DNA of 63,496 nucleotides, the filler included, from Licmophora abbreviata (taxonomy: Eukaryota): NCBI GenBank assembly GCA_900291995.1. It is 11 parts of 11 records of this genome, joined end to end, with 100 filler letters (N's around TTAATTAATTAA, not from the genome) between each part and the next. Parts side by side here need not be neighbours in the genome. Positions count along the whole stretch, not along the records: positions 46,677 to 50,156 come from OLMU01005354.1; positions 50,257 to 61,520 come from OLMU01005355.1; 9 more parts are not named here. One strand, given 5' to 3'. Below are positions 47,159-58,424 of the stretch, in pieces. Each line of letters starts with the position of its first letter. Position 1 is the first letter of the stretch. Under the pieces are notes generated by a model. That model had not been told where the DNA came from. It saw nothing but the letters and a program-made list of their open reading frames with translations, and made no database searches. The translations under genes and the position numbers were made by a program.

Positions 47159-49859
47159 ATGAGCGAAGAAACATGCAACGAGTATTGTCTTCCGTTGGAC
47201 AAGGTCGGACTGGACGACATTCCAAGAGTCGGAGGGTGAGTTTTTCATGTACCCTTTCTACCACTGCACCCTTGAGCAACAGACTGACTAACTCAGCACA
47301 CGACTCTTGTCGCTCTCTGTGCGTCCAACAGAAAGACAGCATCTCTCGGAGAGATGATTCAACAGCTGTCGTCCATTGGAGTAGCCGTGCCGGGTGGATT
47401 TGCCGTCACTTCGGCTGCTTACGACTCTATTCTCGACCGATTTCAACTACGTCAACGCCTCAAGCTACTTCTCGATGGCGTTGACGTTACAGACCTCGAC
47501 GATCTGAGCGACCGTGGATTTCAGGCTCGTCAGATGGTCCTCAATGCGGGCCTGCCGGAAGAGGTTCGCAAACAGATTGTCGAAGCCTATGCAGCTCTTG
47601 CCGAAGACGGCGAAAAGGTCTCCGTCGCTGTTCGTAGTTCTGCGACCGCCGAAGATCTTCCGACCGCTTCTTTTGCGGGCCAACAAGCTACTTTTTTAAA
47701 CGTCAAAGGACATGCTAGCGTGGCCATTGCGGTACTCGAATGCCTGGCTTCTGTCTTCACCGACCGAGCCATTGCCTACCGTGTTCACAATGGATTCGAC
47801 CACATGGATATCAAGGGTGCCGTGGCAGTACAGCGCATGGTACGATCGGACCTTGCGTCAAGCGGTGTTGCCTTCACGTTGGATCCCGACACGGGTACGT
47901 TATGGCTTCGAAATGGTGTACGTAAGGCTGTCTGTCTGTATTGAGAGCCGTCGCACTCACTTCCTCATTGTTTGAAACGTATGCATGTAGGCTTTCGCGA
48001 CGTTGTCGTCATTACCGGGTCGTACGGTCTGGGTGAGAGTGTAGTGGGAGGAAAAGTGGACCCAGATGAGGTTCAGGTATTCAAACCTATGATTGGAAAG
48101 GCTGAGGACCCAATCATTCGACGTCGTATCGGAAGGAAGCAAACCCAGATGGTCTATTCTCGTGATGGATCCGACAAGCGCACCAAGACAATTGACACCA
48201 AAGAAGCCGATCAAGCTAAACGCTGCTTCTCTGACGCGGAATCCACCATCTTGGCCAAGTGGTGCGTGGATATTGAGAACCACTACAGTGCCAAGCATGG
48301 TCATTCGACACCATGGACATTGAATGGGCGAAGGACGGAGTTACAGGAGAGCTCTTCGTTGTCCAGGCGCGCCCAGAGACGGTGCGCTCGCGCCAGAAGG
48401 AAGGCTCTCTCACGAGCGTCCGTGTTGGTGGTCATGGTCCGCAATTGATGGAAGGCGTCGCAATTGGTAAGCTCCACTTGATTTGCTGTTACTGCTTACA
48501 ACTATTAGTGAAGCCGTTCGTTAATAGCTTCGCTCTCTCTCTCTTTCCTTCACAGGATCGGATGCCGCATGCGGAACCGCTCGTGTCATTGCCGACCTCG
48601 GAGCTATTTCTACCATGAAGCGAGGCGAGATCCTTGTCTCCGATATGACTGATCCGGACTGGGTTCCAGCTATTCGCATGGCGTCGGCCGTGGTGACGAA
48701 TCGCGGAGGACGAACGTGCCACGCTGCGATCGTTTCGCGTGAACTCGGCGTTCCGTGCATCGTTGGAACGAAAGATGCCACGGAGCGTCTCAAGACAGGG
48801 GAATCGTACACCATCGATTGTTCCAAGGGGAGTCGGGGCATCATCTACTGTGGACCATCGGAGATTATCAGAACTGAGATCGATATCAGCGATCTGCCAG
48901 CCACTAGTACAAAGATTCAGCTTATCCTAGCCGATCCCGATGCGGCCCTCGCTCACTCCAGTCTACCCGTCACGGGCGTCGGACTCGTGAGGCAGGAATT
49001 TGTAGTTGCGAACCACATTGGTGTCCATCCCAACGCAGTTCTCAAACCAGAACTCGTCAAAGCCGCGGACTGGGATCGTATCACCAAACGGGCCATCAAT
49101 GACTCTTCTCCCCAAGAATTCTGGATTCGAAAGCTGGCCGAAGGTGTCGGAAGTATTGGCGCTGCTTTTTACCCCCGTCCGATCATTGTTCGACTTGGAG
49201 ACTTCAAGAGCAACGAGTACAGGTCACTGATTGGCGGTGAGGGTTTCGAACCGAACGAAGAGAATCCCATGATTGGCCTACGCGGAGCCTCGCGTTACCT
49301 CCATCCTGACTTTCGCGAGTCGTTTGTGCTCGAGTGTCGTGCTCTGTCCCATGTTCGCAACAAGATGGGTCTTGACAATGTGCACTTGATGGTGCCGTTC
49401 TGCCGTACTCCTGAAGAAGGCAAGGAAGTGATTCAGACTCTCACAGAGAACGGACTCACACAGGGAGAAGATGGCTTGAAGATCTGGGTAATGTGCGAGA
49501 TCCCGTCGAATGTCCTTGCGGTGGATGAGTTTTCCAAGGTCTTTGACGGTTTCAGCATTGGATCGAACGATCTGACGCAGCTGGTGCTTGGAGTCGATCG
49601 TGATTCTAGCGAGCTGTCTAATCTCTTCGACGAAGGCAACATCGCCGTCAAGCGTGCCATCCAAATGGCCATTCGGGGCGCGCATAGACACAACACGCCC
49701 ATTGGCTTGTGCGGTCAGGCCCCGAGCGACAATCCAGTCTTTGCAGAATTCCTAGTAGGGGAAGGCATTGATTCAATCTCGGTCACTCCTGACTCGGTGA
49801 TTCCTGTTCTTCGGGTCGTCGCCGAGGCAGAGCGCAAGAAGGCGAAAATTGCAGAATAG
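47159..49859 (+). CDS. ppsA: Phosphoenolpyruvate synthase (pyruvate, water dikinase); frameshift near 48312
   Basis: VGG/KTASLGEM, AVRSSATAEDLP.ASFAGQQ, DIEWAKDG, VQARPET, GGRTCHAAIVSRELG, DFKSNEY, SIGSNDLTQ, CGQAPSD. Introns about 47236-47331, 47895-47990 and 48467-48554. Confidence 0.93.
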
Positions 49860-50419
49860 GATGTATTCACATTCATGCTTCGAGTGCCTGCTAGTCCAGA
49901 CTTCCATCTGTCGCATTCGCAGTTGGAAAGACAGAGAAAAGCAACAGAGTTTGAAACAGACACCGCATCGACTGTGGCCTCTCTCCAAACAGAGCTATTG
50001 TATAATCCAGTACCAGTAGGAAGCACGACATGGTAGACCTTGATGAGCTTACAAGGTCTTAGTTGAAGCCGTTTTGTCTATCGCTAGAGAACAAGGGATG
50101 ATGCGCTACAGTTGATGTTAAAAGTGTGGCCGCCCGCCGCGCGCCCCGAAGAAGATNNNNNNNNNNNNNNNNNNNNNNNNNNNNNNNNNNNNNNNNNNNN
50201 TTAATTAATTAANNNNNNNNNNNNNNNNNNNNNNNNNNNNNNNNNNNNNNNNNNNNTAGGGTTCGCATCCGCGTTCTGTTCGCTTCACCGCGTCACGAAA
50301 CTCAAAACAGAGTGTCACTGATGATGATGTGATGGCAGAAGCAACTCTGAAACTCATCAGTAGTCCCACACGCCCCTTGAAAGTGCCTCCTCCCTTCATA
50401 GCGATTCTCTTCTCATAGC

Positions 50420-50947
50420 ATGTCTGCTGAGATTCTTCACTACGGCGCCAACGAACGCAAGGCCGTCTTGCTCGAGAAACTCGGCGGTCCGACCGTCCTA
50501 CGACGAGCCATCGACACCTTTTACACCAAACAGCTGCACGACGCCGACCTCATGGTCTTTTTTCGAGGCGTCAACGTCGAAATCATCAAGTGGCATCAGT
50601 TCAATCTCATGAGCATTGCCTTTACGGCCGTTCCGCAGACCTTTGATGTCGGTGATTTGATACTCACGCGCCACCAGCGGCTCTTTGACGAGGGTGGACT
50701 CTGCGAGCGTCACTTTGATCTCGTCCTGGGGCATTTCAAGGATACGCTTGTGGAGATGAAGGTGGATCAAGAACTTATTGAGGAAGCAGTAGGGGTCGTC
50801 ATGCCTCTGAGAGCCATCTTTGAACAGGGCGCACGGGAGTCGGTCCAGCGTCGAAAGGTATTTCAATTCGAGCATCGAGTCGTAGTCGGCGTGCTGGTGA
50901 CGGTCGCAGCTATCCTGGCAGTGAGACTGGTCCGATCCAGAAAGTAA
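50420..50947 (+). CDS. Group I truncated hemoglobin with C-terminal transmembrane tail
   Basis: LEKLGG...IDTFY, FFRGV, HQ, proximal H (RHQRLF), ERHFDLVLGHF..TL; tail VVVGVLVTVAAILAV-RLVRSRK. Confidence 0.85.
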   Translation: MSAEILHYGANERKAVLLEKLGGPTVLRRAIDTFYTKQLHDADLMVFFRGVNVEIIKWHQFNLMSIAFTAVPQTFDVGDLILTRHQRLFDEGGLCERHFDLVLGHFKDTLVEMKVDQELIEEAVGVVMPLRAIFEQGARESVQRRKVFQFEHRVVVGVLVTVAAILAVRLVRSRK

Positions 50948-51082
50948 GATGGAAGGAGACATTGAGGTAGCGAGAAACGGAACCGGGAGATGCCGTCTCT
51001 GTCGACAAGTTTTGGGTGCTGGGACGCGTCAAGATGGAGCGAAAGTACGACATTGGTCTACCTAGTAAGGGACCAAGCGCTG

Positions 51083-53239
51083 CTACTCTTTGTATTGATA
51101 ACGATCGTTCAATCCGCCAATACCTGGATTCAACACGTTCAATGGATCCATGCTCTTCCATCTCTCTTGTGTTTCAGGAGGTGCCACGTACTCCATACCA
51201 TGCCCATGCTCCGCAGGCAGTTTGCCTCCACAGTCGCGTTCGACCGTCTTTTTCAATTCCATCTTTGCCTCGTGGATATCCACATTTTTCGGGTACGCCA
51301 AGTCTTCGTGTACCACATTGCACCCAAAGTGGGAGTATCGCATCCGCTTGACTGGTTCAGTCGACAGGGTTGGAGCCGTCCCTCCATTCTTGGGCAAGGC
51401 ATAGTCGACACTGAATCCTTGCAGACCCTGACCGACACACCATGTTCGAAAGGCTGGCGCTGCCACGAATCGAAAGGCCGTCAGACTGGCACTTTCCGAC
51501 GCGCTCTCACATTCGTGAATGACAATCTTGCCTGCACCATGCTGGGATGCAAACTTCTGCATGCGATCCAACAATCGATCCATGGTGCCTGAACCGAACT
51601 CTCCGACAGTCATTGCAACATGATGATCCATATTGCGACCAATATTCACCATGCGTTGGGGGAGCGTCGCGGGCACCCATGGATTCATGGCGTACAACAG
51701 GCGATCGCACCATAATGGAGCAGCCTCGAATGGCAAGGATTCAATCCACAGTTTGGCATTCCACAAGGTCCGTACTATAGGCGATGTCGGCCCAACAAAT
51801 CGTATTAAATTGCCCAACACGCGTCCCGATCGATCAATGACATCAAACGAGTCTCGATCCATATACTCCAAACTCATCGGCACATCCTCTGCATTGTCCA
51901 GGCATACTGTTCTCCGAAAGGTCAATGCCGTCTCCAAACTATCAAAGGACAACCAAAAACTCTTCGTGAACTTCGGTTTCGGAAATGTATCATGGACCGT
52001 TGCCAAGATCACGACTTTGCCTTCCGATCGATTACACTCCTGACCTCGCGTATCTGCATTACACCGACTCACACTCTCATCAGGTTGACAAAGTCGTTCC
52101 GCGTATCCCTCATCGCTCGCTTTAGCGGCAATCTGCTTACTCTTACTACTACTCACCGCCATGGCTCTGGAATACCCTTCCTTGACATCCTTTTGATAGA
52201 TATCCAATTGTTCCAAGGCACTTCCCGAATTGTACGGAAAGTCTTCATCTTCAATCCCATCAATCCCCAGAGTATTGACAACTTGTACGACCGTCTCCTT
52301 CCACTTGTTCTGATAGATTCGTAAGTACATGGCTCGATCCGTATAGGCTGACCCCTTGCGACACTGCGTCCCCCCTGACCCGAGTGCAACGCCCGCCGCC
52401 GCGGTGGGGTTCAAAAACGTACTCCCCAATGTACTGTGCGACTCGCGATGCGAAAATTGCGTTTCCAAAAAGCCATGTAAGCTCGCCAGACCTGCTCCAG
52501 CCAAGCACACGACGCGATTGCCATTGTCAATAGGAAAGATGGTGTCCAAATGTTTCGTCATGCTGAGGAGTACGACAGGACGATTCTGAGTACTAGTAGT
52601 AGTACTTTTTGGTCTCGGTACGGACCCACCCGTCAGTCCTGTATTGGCACCTTGTACAATGATAGTACAGTCGGCACTGACAATGAGTTGCACGCACTTT
52701 TTGACTGCCAGGAGTGATGTAGGAGTGACGACACAGAGGGCATCGCCGCCACCGCCTACTCGAGCACCTCTCAAATAGGAGGAAGATGCAGCCTGTGATA
52801 GAACATTGTCGCTTCCCACGATGCGAGCCAATTTCGCTGGAAGTTCCTGTTGTGCAAGAGTAAGAGGAGTGTCGCTTTGGTCATTGTCTTGGCAGCAAGT
52901 GCGGGGAAGGCCGTCGGGTAGTTGTAAGTTTGGATCTTGAGCAGGGTTAGACCGCGGAGGTGCGGAGAGACGTCCGATGGCGTAGCCAGTCGCGAGGGAA
53001 ACAGACACGAGAGCAATGGTTTTTCTAGCGGCAGAAAACGACGATGCCGATTGCGACGATGATGCTCTTTCTGCCGTCTTGGTGGAAGCTTGAGTAGAAA
53101 AAGAAGTGCGATGATGCCTGCTGATGCTTCGATTGTTGCGTCGACAGTGCATAATTCTTCTTTGCTTACTCGTCGCCGCGGCTCTCTTCGAAAGCGAACA
53201 AAGAGAACCAGTAAACTTCAGACGTCGTACAGAAAACAT
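51083..53239 (-). CDS. dld: FAD-dependent D-lactate dehydrogenase, bacterial Dld (quinone-linked) type, with mitochondrial-like presequence
   Basis: IVQGANTGLTGGSVP, RESHSTLGS, EYMDRD, YSHFGCNVVHED, PAEHGHG, DPLNVLNPGIG; Arg/Ser-rich leader. Confidence 0.85.
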   Translation of the reverse strand: MFSVRRLKFTGSLCSLSKRAAATSKQRRIMHCRRNNRSISRHHRTSFSTQASTKTAERASSSQSASSFSAARKTIALVSVSLATGYAIGRLSAPPRSNPAQDPNLQLPDGLPRTCCQDNDQSDTPLTLAQQELPAKLARIVGSDNVLSQAASSSYLRGARVGGGGDALCVVTPTSLLAVKKCVQLIVSADCTIIVQGANTGLTGGSVPRPKSTTTSTQNRPVVLLSMTKHLDTIFPIDNGNRVVCLAGAGLASLHGFLETQFSHRESHSTLGSTFLNPTAAAGVALGSGGTQCRKGSAYTDRAMYLRIYQNKWKETVVQVVNTLGIDGIEDEDFPYNSGSALEQLDIYQKDVKEGYSRAMAVSSSKSKQIAAKASDEGYAERLCQPDESVSRCNADTRGQECNRSEGKVVILATVHDTFPKPKFTKSFWLSFDSLETALTFRRTVCLDNAEDVPMSLEYMDRDSFDVIDRSGRVLGNLIRFVGPTSPIVRTLWNAKLWIESLPFEAAPLWCDRLLYAMNPWVPATLPQRMVNIGRNMDHHVAMTVGEFGSGTMDRLLDRMQKFASQHGAGKIVIHECESASESASLTAFRFVAAPAFRTWCVGQGLQGFSVDYALPKNGGTAPTLSTEPVKRMRYSHFGCNVVHEDLAYPKNVDIHEAKMELKKTVERDCGGKLPAEHGHGMEYVAPPETQERWKSMDPLNVLNPGIGGLNDRYQYKE

Positions 53240-53654
53240 AGGGGACGGGCGATGGAGGAGGCAAAGGGGATAGCAGATACCACAGAGGTCGTATGATATA
53301 AGGATGATGTTGGCGTGGAAGTGAAAATAAAAAATAAAAAAGTTTGAAATTGTTGGGTTTTTCTGTTTTCATGGTCTGTCCCTCGTCACGTCGTGAAGGC
53401 AAGATGGTTGCAAGCTCTATATTCAGATTTTACTTACGGTGGAGCTCGCATACAGCTTTGGACGAGTCACGAGTTAAGTCAGTCCCGTATCCAATGATGA
53501 CCGCACACGGCAAAAGCAAGCAGCAAAACTCAAACAACACACTTTTGCAAAAACTTTAGGCCTGACGAGCATGACCTCTATTTCATGATTGCTTGCCACT
53601 GTAGTCCATAGAAAAGAGACAAGCGACAATCTTTCAATCCCAACATTGAAGAAA

Positions 53655-55439
53655 ATGATCAAGACACGGGGAAGCAAGCAGCAGCAGCACTCTACCAGTA
53701 GCCTGGTCACGAGAAGAAGCACCGGAAGTATTGCTACTCCCACTACTACTTCTAGTAGTCTCGATACGGATTCATCTGCCAACAAGAGTCGTCGTTGGAC
53801 TATCTGTAGCTGCAAACTTCCAAGTTTTTGTCGTCTCGTCGTTTTGGCATCTCTTGTCGCCATGGTCGTTCTACTGGGTCCACCGCCCAACAGACAAACC
53901 TGGGAGGCGGCACTCGTGGCGACGAGCACTCTTACTACGAGTACTCCACTTTCTCCTCGCGACATGCTCGTCGCACTCTCCGACATGCTTCCAGGATTTC
54001 GCGGCAGCTGTCCCGATTTGCCTGGATTTCCTGCCAGTACCCTTCAAGTGGCGGAAATTTACGCCTGCGGCAATGTCCTCCAACACCATGCTGCAGCTAC
54101 TGATTCTAAAACTACTTCCTGTATCATTTACAACTTTGGAGTGGGCAAGACGGACCAATTCCTTAGTACTATGGGGACTGATCCAGCCTATGCAAACTGC
54201 CAAGTCTATGCCTTTGATCCCTTTGTAAGTGAACAAGAGGCACCCGCCTTTGGACCAAACATTCATTTCTTTCCCATTGGACTCTGGAACGGCCATAGCA
54301 ATCGGAATGTCGGTGTTGGGACGCTCAAGAGTCTCTTGGAGATTCAAGAAATGCTCAATCACACCAAGGAGACTGAAATTACATTCTTTCGATCCGACTG
54401 CGAGGGTTGCGAGTACGGCTGGGTCAAGCATGCCATGGAGGAAGATCCTACGATCTTTGAACGCATCCAGCAAATGTTCATTGAAATACATACGGTACCA
54501 GTGCGGGGTATGCCGGCATTGCCTTTGCCATGGAAGAACGGAGAACCGCCGGAGGACTTGTTGGAGCCACTCTACGACATGATGACCAAGTATTTTAGAG
54601 TCCTAGCGTCGGAAATGAATCCTGGCTATCCTACGGATCGGAACCGTGTGCCGCTGGAATTGCAGCGTGAAGGAGTCGTATCGTATCCGTGCTGTCGCGA
54701 GTTTCACCTTGTCAACAAGGCTCTTGCAGGACCTCAGAAGGAAGAATGGAAGGTCGACGATGCGTCTTGTCAAGAACGCGCCGCTCCAATCTTTGGCGGT
54801 GGCGTCAAAAAATCAGCTTTGATGAAACAAGACAACCACCTCTCGGACGAGTTTTCGACTCTATTCCATGGACGCCGTGGGACCTGCCCCGACGGTAAGG
54901 CCCCTCGGACATTCCAGGGCGATGCCTTTTGTCCCGACATGCTTCACAGCAAGGAAGCAACCGGCAAGACATGTATGATTTACTTTTTTGGTGACTTTGC
55001 CGTCGACACGGACTTTCTCGAATTGCTCGCCGACCAACACCCCAACTGCGTCATTTACGCCTTGGATCACGAGTGGAAGGAATCCTTCTGGACGAAAAAT
55101 ACTAGCACAGGTGCGACGAAGACAGTAACCAAGAGACCCAATATTCGCTTCTTTCCTTGGGGCATATATCCGGGTCATGGTCCACGGTCGACCAAGACGA
55201 CTGTGCGTGGTGAGGAAGTGATTGGGGAGTTGTATACTATGGCAGAGATTGGCAGGGCGTGGACAGGCCACGACTTTGCCCCGTTCAAGGATACTATATC
55301 GCCACCGGGGCAGATTGAGATGATACGAGTCGACTGGAAACGCACGCCGCAGTGTGTGTGGGAAAAAGAACTATCCAAACCATTCAAGACGTGGTGGGGG
55401 AGGTATCAGGGGATCAAGTCGATCGAGCAGGCGTCATAA
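53655..55439 (+). CDS. Type II membrane methyltransferase-like protein (METTL24/Methyltransf_22-like), two related domains
   Basis: TM; CIIYNFGVG, CQVYAFDP, FFPIGL, RSDCEGCE, QMFIEIH; second copy CMIYFFG, CVIYALD, FFPWGI. Confidence 0.7.
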   Translation: MIKTRGSKQQQHSTSSLVTRRSTGSIATPTTTSSSLDTDSSANKSRRWTICSCKLPSFCRLVVLASLVAMVVLLGPPPNRQTWEAALVATSTLTTSTPLSPRDMLVALSDMLPGFRGSCPDLPGFPASTLQVAEIYACGNVLQHHAAATDSKTTSCIIYNFGVGKTDQFLSTMGTDPAYANCQVYAFDPFVSEQEAPAFGPNIHFFPIGLWNGHSNRNVGVGTLKSLLEIQEMLNHTKETEITFFRSDCEGCEYGWVKHAMEEDPTIFERIQQMFIEIHTVPVRGMPALPLPWKNGEPPEDLLEPLYDMMTKYFRVLASEMNPGYPTDRNRVPLELQREGVVSYPCCREFHLVNKALAGPQKEEWKVDDASCQERAAPIFGGGVKKSALMKQDNHLSDEFSTLFHGRRGTCPDGKAPRTFQGDAFCPDMLHSKEATGKTCMIYFFGDFAVDTDFLELLADQHPNCVIYALDHEWKESFWTKNTSTGATKTVTKRPNIRFFPWGIYPGHGPRSTKTTVRGEEVIGELYTMAEIGRAWTGHDFAPFKDTISPPGQIEMIRVDWKRTPQCVWEKELSKPFKTWWGRYQGIKSIEQAS

Positions 55440-55531
55440 AGAATATTGATCTGTATTATCGTAGGTTGCTGTTGCGTTGTTGTTGCTTATTCTCTCTCTA
55501 GAAATGAATTGCAAGTACTACTGTACTTCTG

Positions 55532-55945
55532 TTAGCGCACTGCCCGCTTGCTACTCTGGGCGAGTACGAGTCCAAGGTGAGCTCCCAGTTGGTCTTGCCC
55601 CGAGGATGCCATTCGTTCCGACTGTTTGATTTGTTTTTGCTTTCTAGCTCGAGCATCGGAAACTTCGGCCCATATCACAAAGGCATTCGCAGCCACGAAC
55701 AAGCCCAGTGCCACGTAGCCCCATGCTTGACTGGCGTCTCCTTCTTCTGCTGCTATCGGCGACCAAGATGGACGAGCGGTGGGAGCAGCAGTCGGGGGCG
55801 ATAGCGTAGCCTGCGACGACGAAAGACTTCGTACTTTTGCTGGTAGACATTGCAGACATCGCGTAGTCGTAACAGCTGGCGGTGTCGACCGGAACATGGA
55901 AGCGGTCTGCTTGATTGGCAAGGACCGGAGTAGAAGCAAGCTCAT
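55532..55945 (-). CDS. Small hypothetical single-TM protein, possibly mitochondrial
   Basis: Presequence-like N-terminus, TM (WGYVALGLFVAANAFVIW), basic tail. Confidence 0.5.
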   Translation of the reverse strand: MSLLLLRSLPIKQTASMFRSTPPAVTTTRCLQCLPAKVRSLSSSQATLSPPTAAPTARPSWSPIAAEEGDASQAWGYVALGLFVAANAFVIWAEVSDARARKQKQIKQSERMASSGQDQLGAHLGLVLAQSSKRAVR

Positions 55946-56654
55946 TTTGGGTGGGCACGGAGTAGTTAAGAGTACGCCTACTGTCTCGAACAATGCGAAG
56001 ACAGGACTGATTTTTGTGCTTCGTCAGACTTTGTGAGCCCTTTTTCGTGTATTTTCAGTTCTTGCGTGTCTTGTCTGTGCACCCAAGATTTGAATCAATC
56101 AAGATGCAACGCCAATTCAGGGCGCCGCGATGGTAGTGTGCTTCCTACTACAATAGCAGTTTAGGACGAGACAGGCGTGACGGCAGAGCAATGCAAGAAC
56201 ACAGCGCGAACGCAGTCACAACTTTGCAGCAAGAACGGATGAGAAGTGGGTCGGTCATCATCCGAACCCGTCGCTGTTGCATGTCGTGGCCGTTGGTGCA
56301 TCTATCGGTCAGAAAATTTTCAGCGTACTTAATTCTAAAGATTCCTACTGTGTTATATCTTTGTCTTTGATGGACGCTAGAGAAACTTCCAGAGCGATGG
56401 AATGAATCGCACGACCGAAAGCTTCTCAGCCAATCATCAATCACCACGGATCACGATCAAATGTTCAAATGTTCGTCAAAATCGAGCTCCTACGTGAGCT
56501 AACAAACGAGAAAAGCGCGCGCACTAGCAAACTTGACTCGACTCCAACATTCAGAACAAAATCGAGCCACGACCATGACGACGGCATCATTCCTGCTCGC
56601 TAGAGGTCGTCCAGAAAACGCTCCCAACGCACTGCTGTCGTGTGCGCATCTTCC

Positions 56655-58142
56655 ATGGTGAAATTCAGAGCAAAGAAAGAGTACAACAGCACTTTGGCTA
56701 ACAAGAACAAGCGCACAAGTTCGTCCTATGTGCCGCCGCCCACATCGAAATCACGCTGCCGATGCCGGCTCCTATCCTGCGGCTTGCCGCTTGCCGCATT
56801 GCAGTTCCTAGTAGTATGGAGTGCCTGCCATTCCTCTTTTACTTTTTTCATGCAAGAAGCGGAAGAAGGTGGTGGTAATCAACGTCGTAAAATTGAAAAT
56901 AAGAACGGCGGCTTGAGAAAAAGTCAACGTCGTTCCACAACACACGCTGTTTCTTCATTGGCAAATGACAGCGTTGTGAACTCGACGTTGCAAAACGAAC
57001 TTGTCAAGGACGTTCTGCGGCTGAAACGGTTCTTGGTGGAGCTCCAAATTCCTCTGGGTGCTCTGTCTCGTAATCCAGATAATGGCAAATCTTACGTGAA
57101 TGTAACCGGCAAGTTTTGTGCTGTCGACTGGACCTTACAAAAACAAAGTCCCTTGAATGCTCCACAATTCAAGGATCTCTTGGAACAATCGCCTGGCTGC
57201 AATCTGGCCGACATCATGTACCGGTATGTCGACTTGGACATTCGATCGATAGTGACTCAGGCACGTACGTATGATCATCACCATCCCATCAGAACTCTGC
57301 CGGTTGGAGGACTCATTGTACACGAGTCGCGATGCGGATCGACCCTGGCCGCCAACTTGATCGTTGCTTCTTCTCCAGTCGAACACCGGGTATATGCTGA
57401 AGCGGGACCGCCTGACACTATATATAGGCAGTGCGCACAAGATGAGATGTGTGATTGGACCAAGGCGCAGGAGTTGCTCGCGGACGTCTTGTACCTTATG
57501 GGTCGCTCGAATAATCCCAACGAGCAACGTGTATTTTATAAGCTGGGCATGGACGGAACTCTTGGCCTAGGAGCCTTATGGAAGGGTTTGAACATACCTT
57601 GGGCTTATTTGTTTCGAGATTCTGTGGATGTCTATCAGAGTCACTACGATGGAGATGAGAAACTGCGACATCGAAATCGAGCGGCATGTTTGAAAGTGTT
57701 TACGCGAGAGCGCATACCCTCATTGATAGAGAACATTGCCAAACAACACCATCGGGACATGCACAGTCTCTCCAATATGGAAGCATGTGGCGTCCATCTC
57801 GCTGCACTGAATGAGGCAGCATTGCACCAACACCAAGAGCATGGCGATGGCCATTTTGTTGATTACGAAACGATGCCTCATGCCATGTGGAACCATGTGT
57901 TGCCGAATGTCTTTGGAATTCCTCTGAGTGCCTCTCAAATAGAACGAATGAAAGAAGTATCTGGGTTTTATAGCAAAAAGGCGAGAGGGAAGCTGTCCGA
58001 TATCGAGTGGAGCGAAGGTCGTAGAAAGCGGGCGGTGATGGCACCACAAGAGGTGCAACGAGTGGCGAATGAGTTCATGGCCGGATCGTATGCCAAACTG
58101 AACGAAATCGCCTGGCGAGGTGAGGACGAGATAGTTGTCTAA
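56655..58142 (+). CDS. Type II membrane sulfotransferase-like protein
   Basis: TM; PSB-like motif LIVHESRCGSTLAAN; YLFRDSVDVYQS; FVDYETMP. Confidence 0.65.
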   Translation: MVKFRAKKEYNSTLANKNKRTSSSYVPPPTSKSRCRCRLLSCGLPLAALQFLVVWSACHSSFTFFMQEAEEGGGNQRRKIENKNGGLRKSQRRSTTHAVSSLANDSVVNSTLQNELVKDVLRLKRFLVELQIPLGALSRNPDNGKSYVNVTGKFCAVDWTLQKQSPLNAPQFKDLLEQSPGCNLADIMYRYVDLDIRSIVTQARTYDHHHPIRTLPVGGLIVHESRCGSTLAANLIVASSPVEHRVYAEAGPPDTIYRQCAQDEMCDWTKAQELLADVLYLMGRSNNPNEQRVFYKLGMDGTLGLGALWKGLNIPWAYLFRDSVDVYQSHYDGDEKLRHRNRAACLKVFTRERIPSLIENIAKQHHRDMHSLSNMEACGVHLAALNEAALHQHQEHGDGHFVDYETMPHAMWNHVLPNVFGIPLSASQIERMKEVSGFYSKKARGKLSDIEWSEGRRKRAVMAPQEVQRVANEFMAGSYAKLNEIAWRGEDEIVV

Positions 58143-58424
58143 TAGGGAAACGACTGCGAACTCTTTACGTCAAGTTTATGGAAGAGACAGACGTCCTAGT
58201 AGCCTACCATTGTACCCAATCCATTGCCTCCCGGTGTACTACTATCGGTACAGTGGCAACGTGGCAACGAAACTCTCTCGCGACTTCGCGCGGCACCCCC
58301 AAATTCAAAATTCAAAAGAACATGACATCTCAACACAGCCATCAGCCATGGTGCAACAGGCTTTCCTTCGTCGTTGATGGGCAAGAAGCCTTGTATGGAC
58401 TTCAATCGTGCTGTTTGAGCAACA

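Noticed and set aside
3616..53239. Glyoxalase II-like gene and D-lactate dehydrogenase as a methylglyoxal pathway cluster
   Set aside because: More than 45 kb and many gaps apart.
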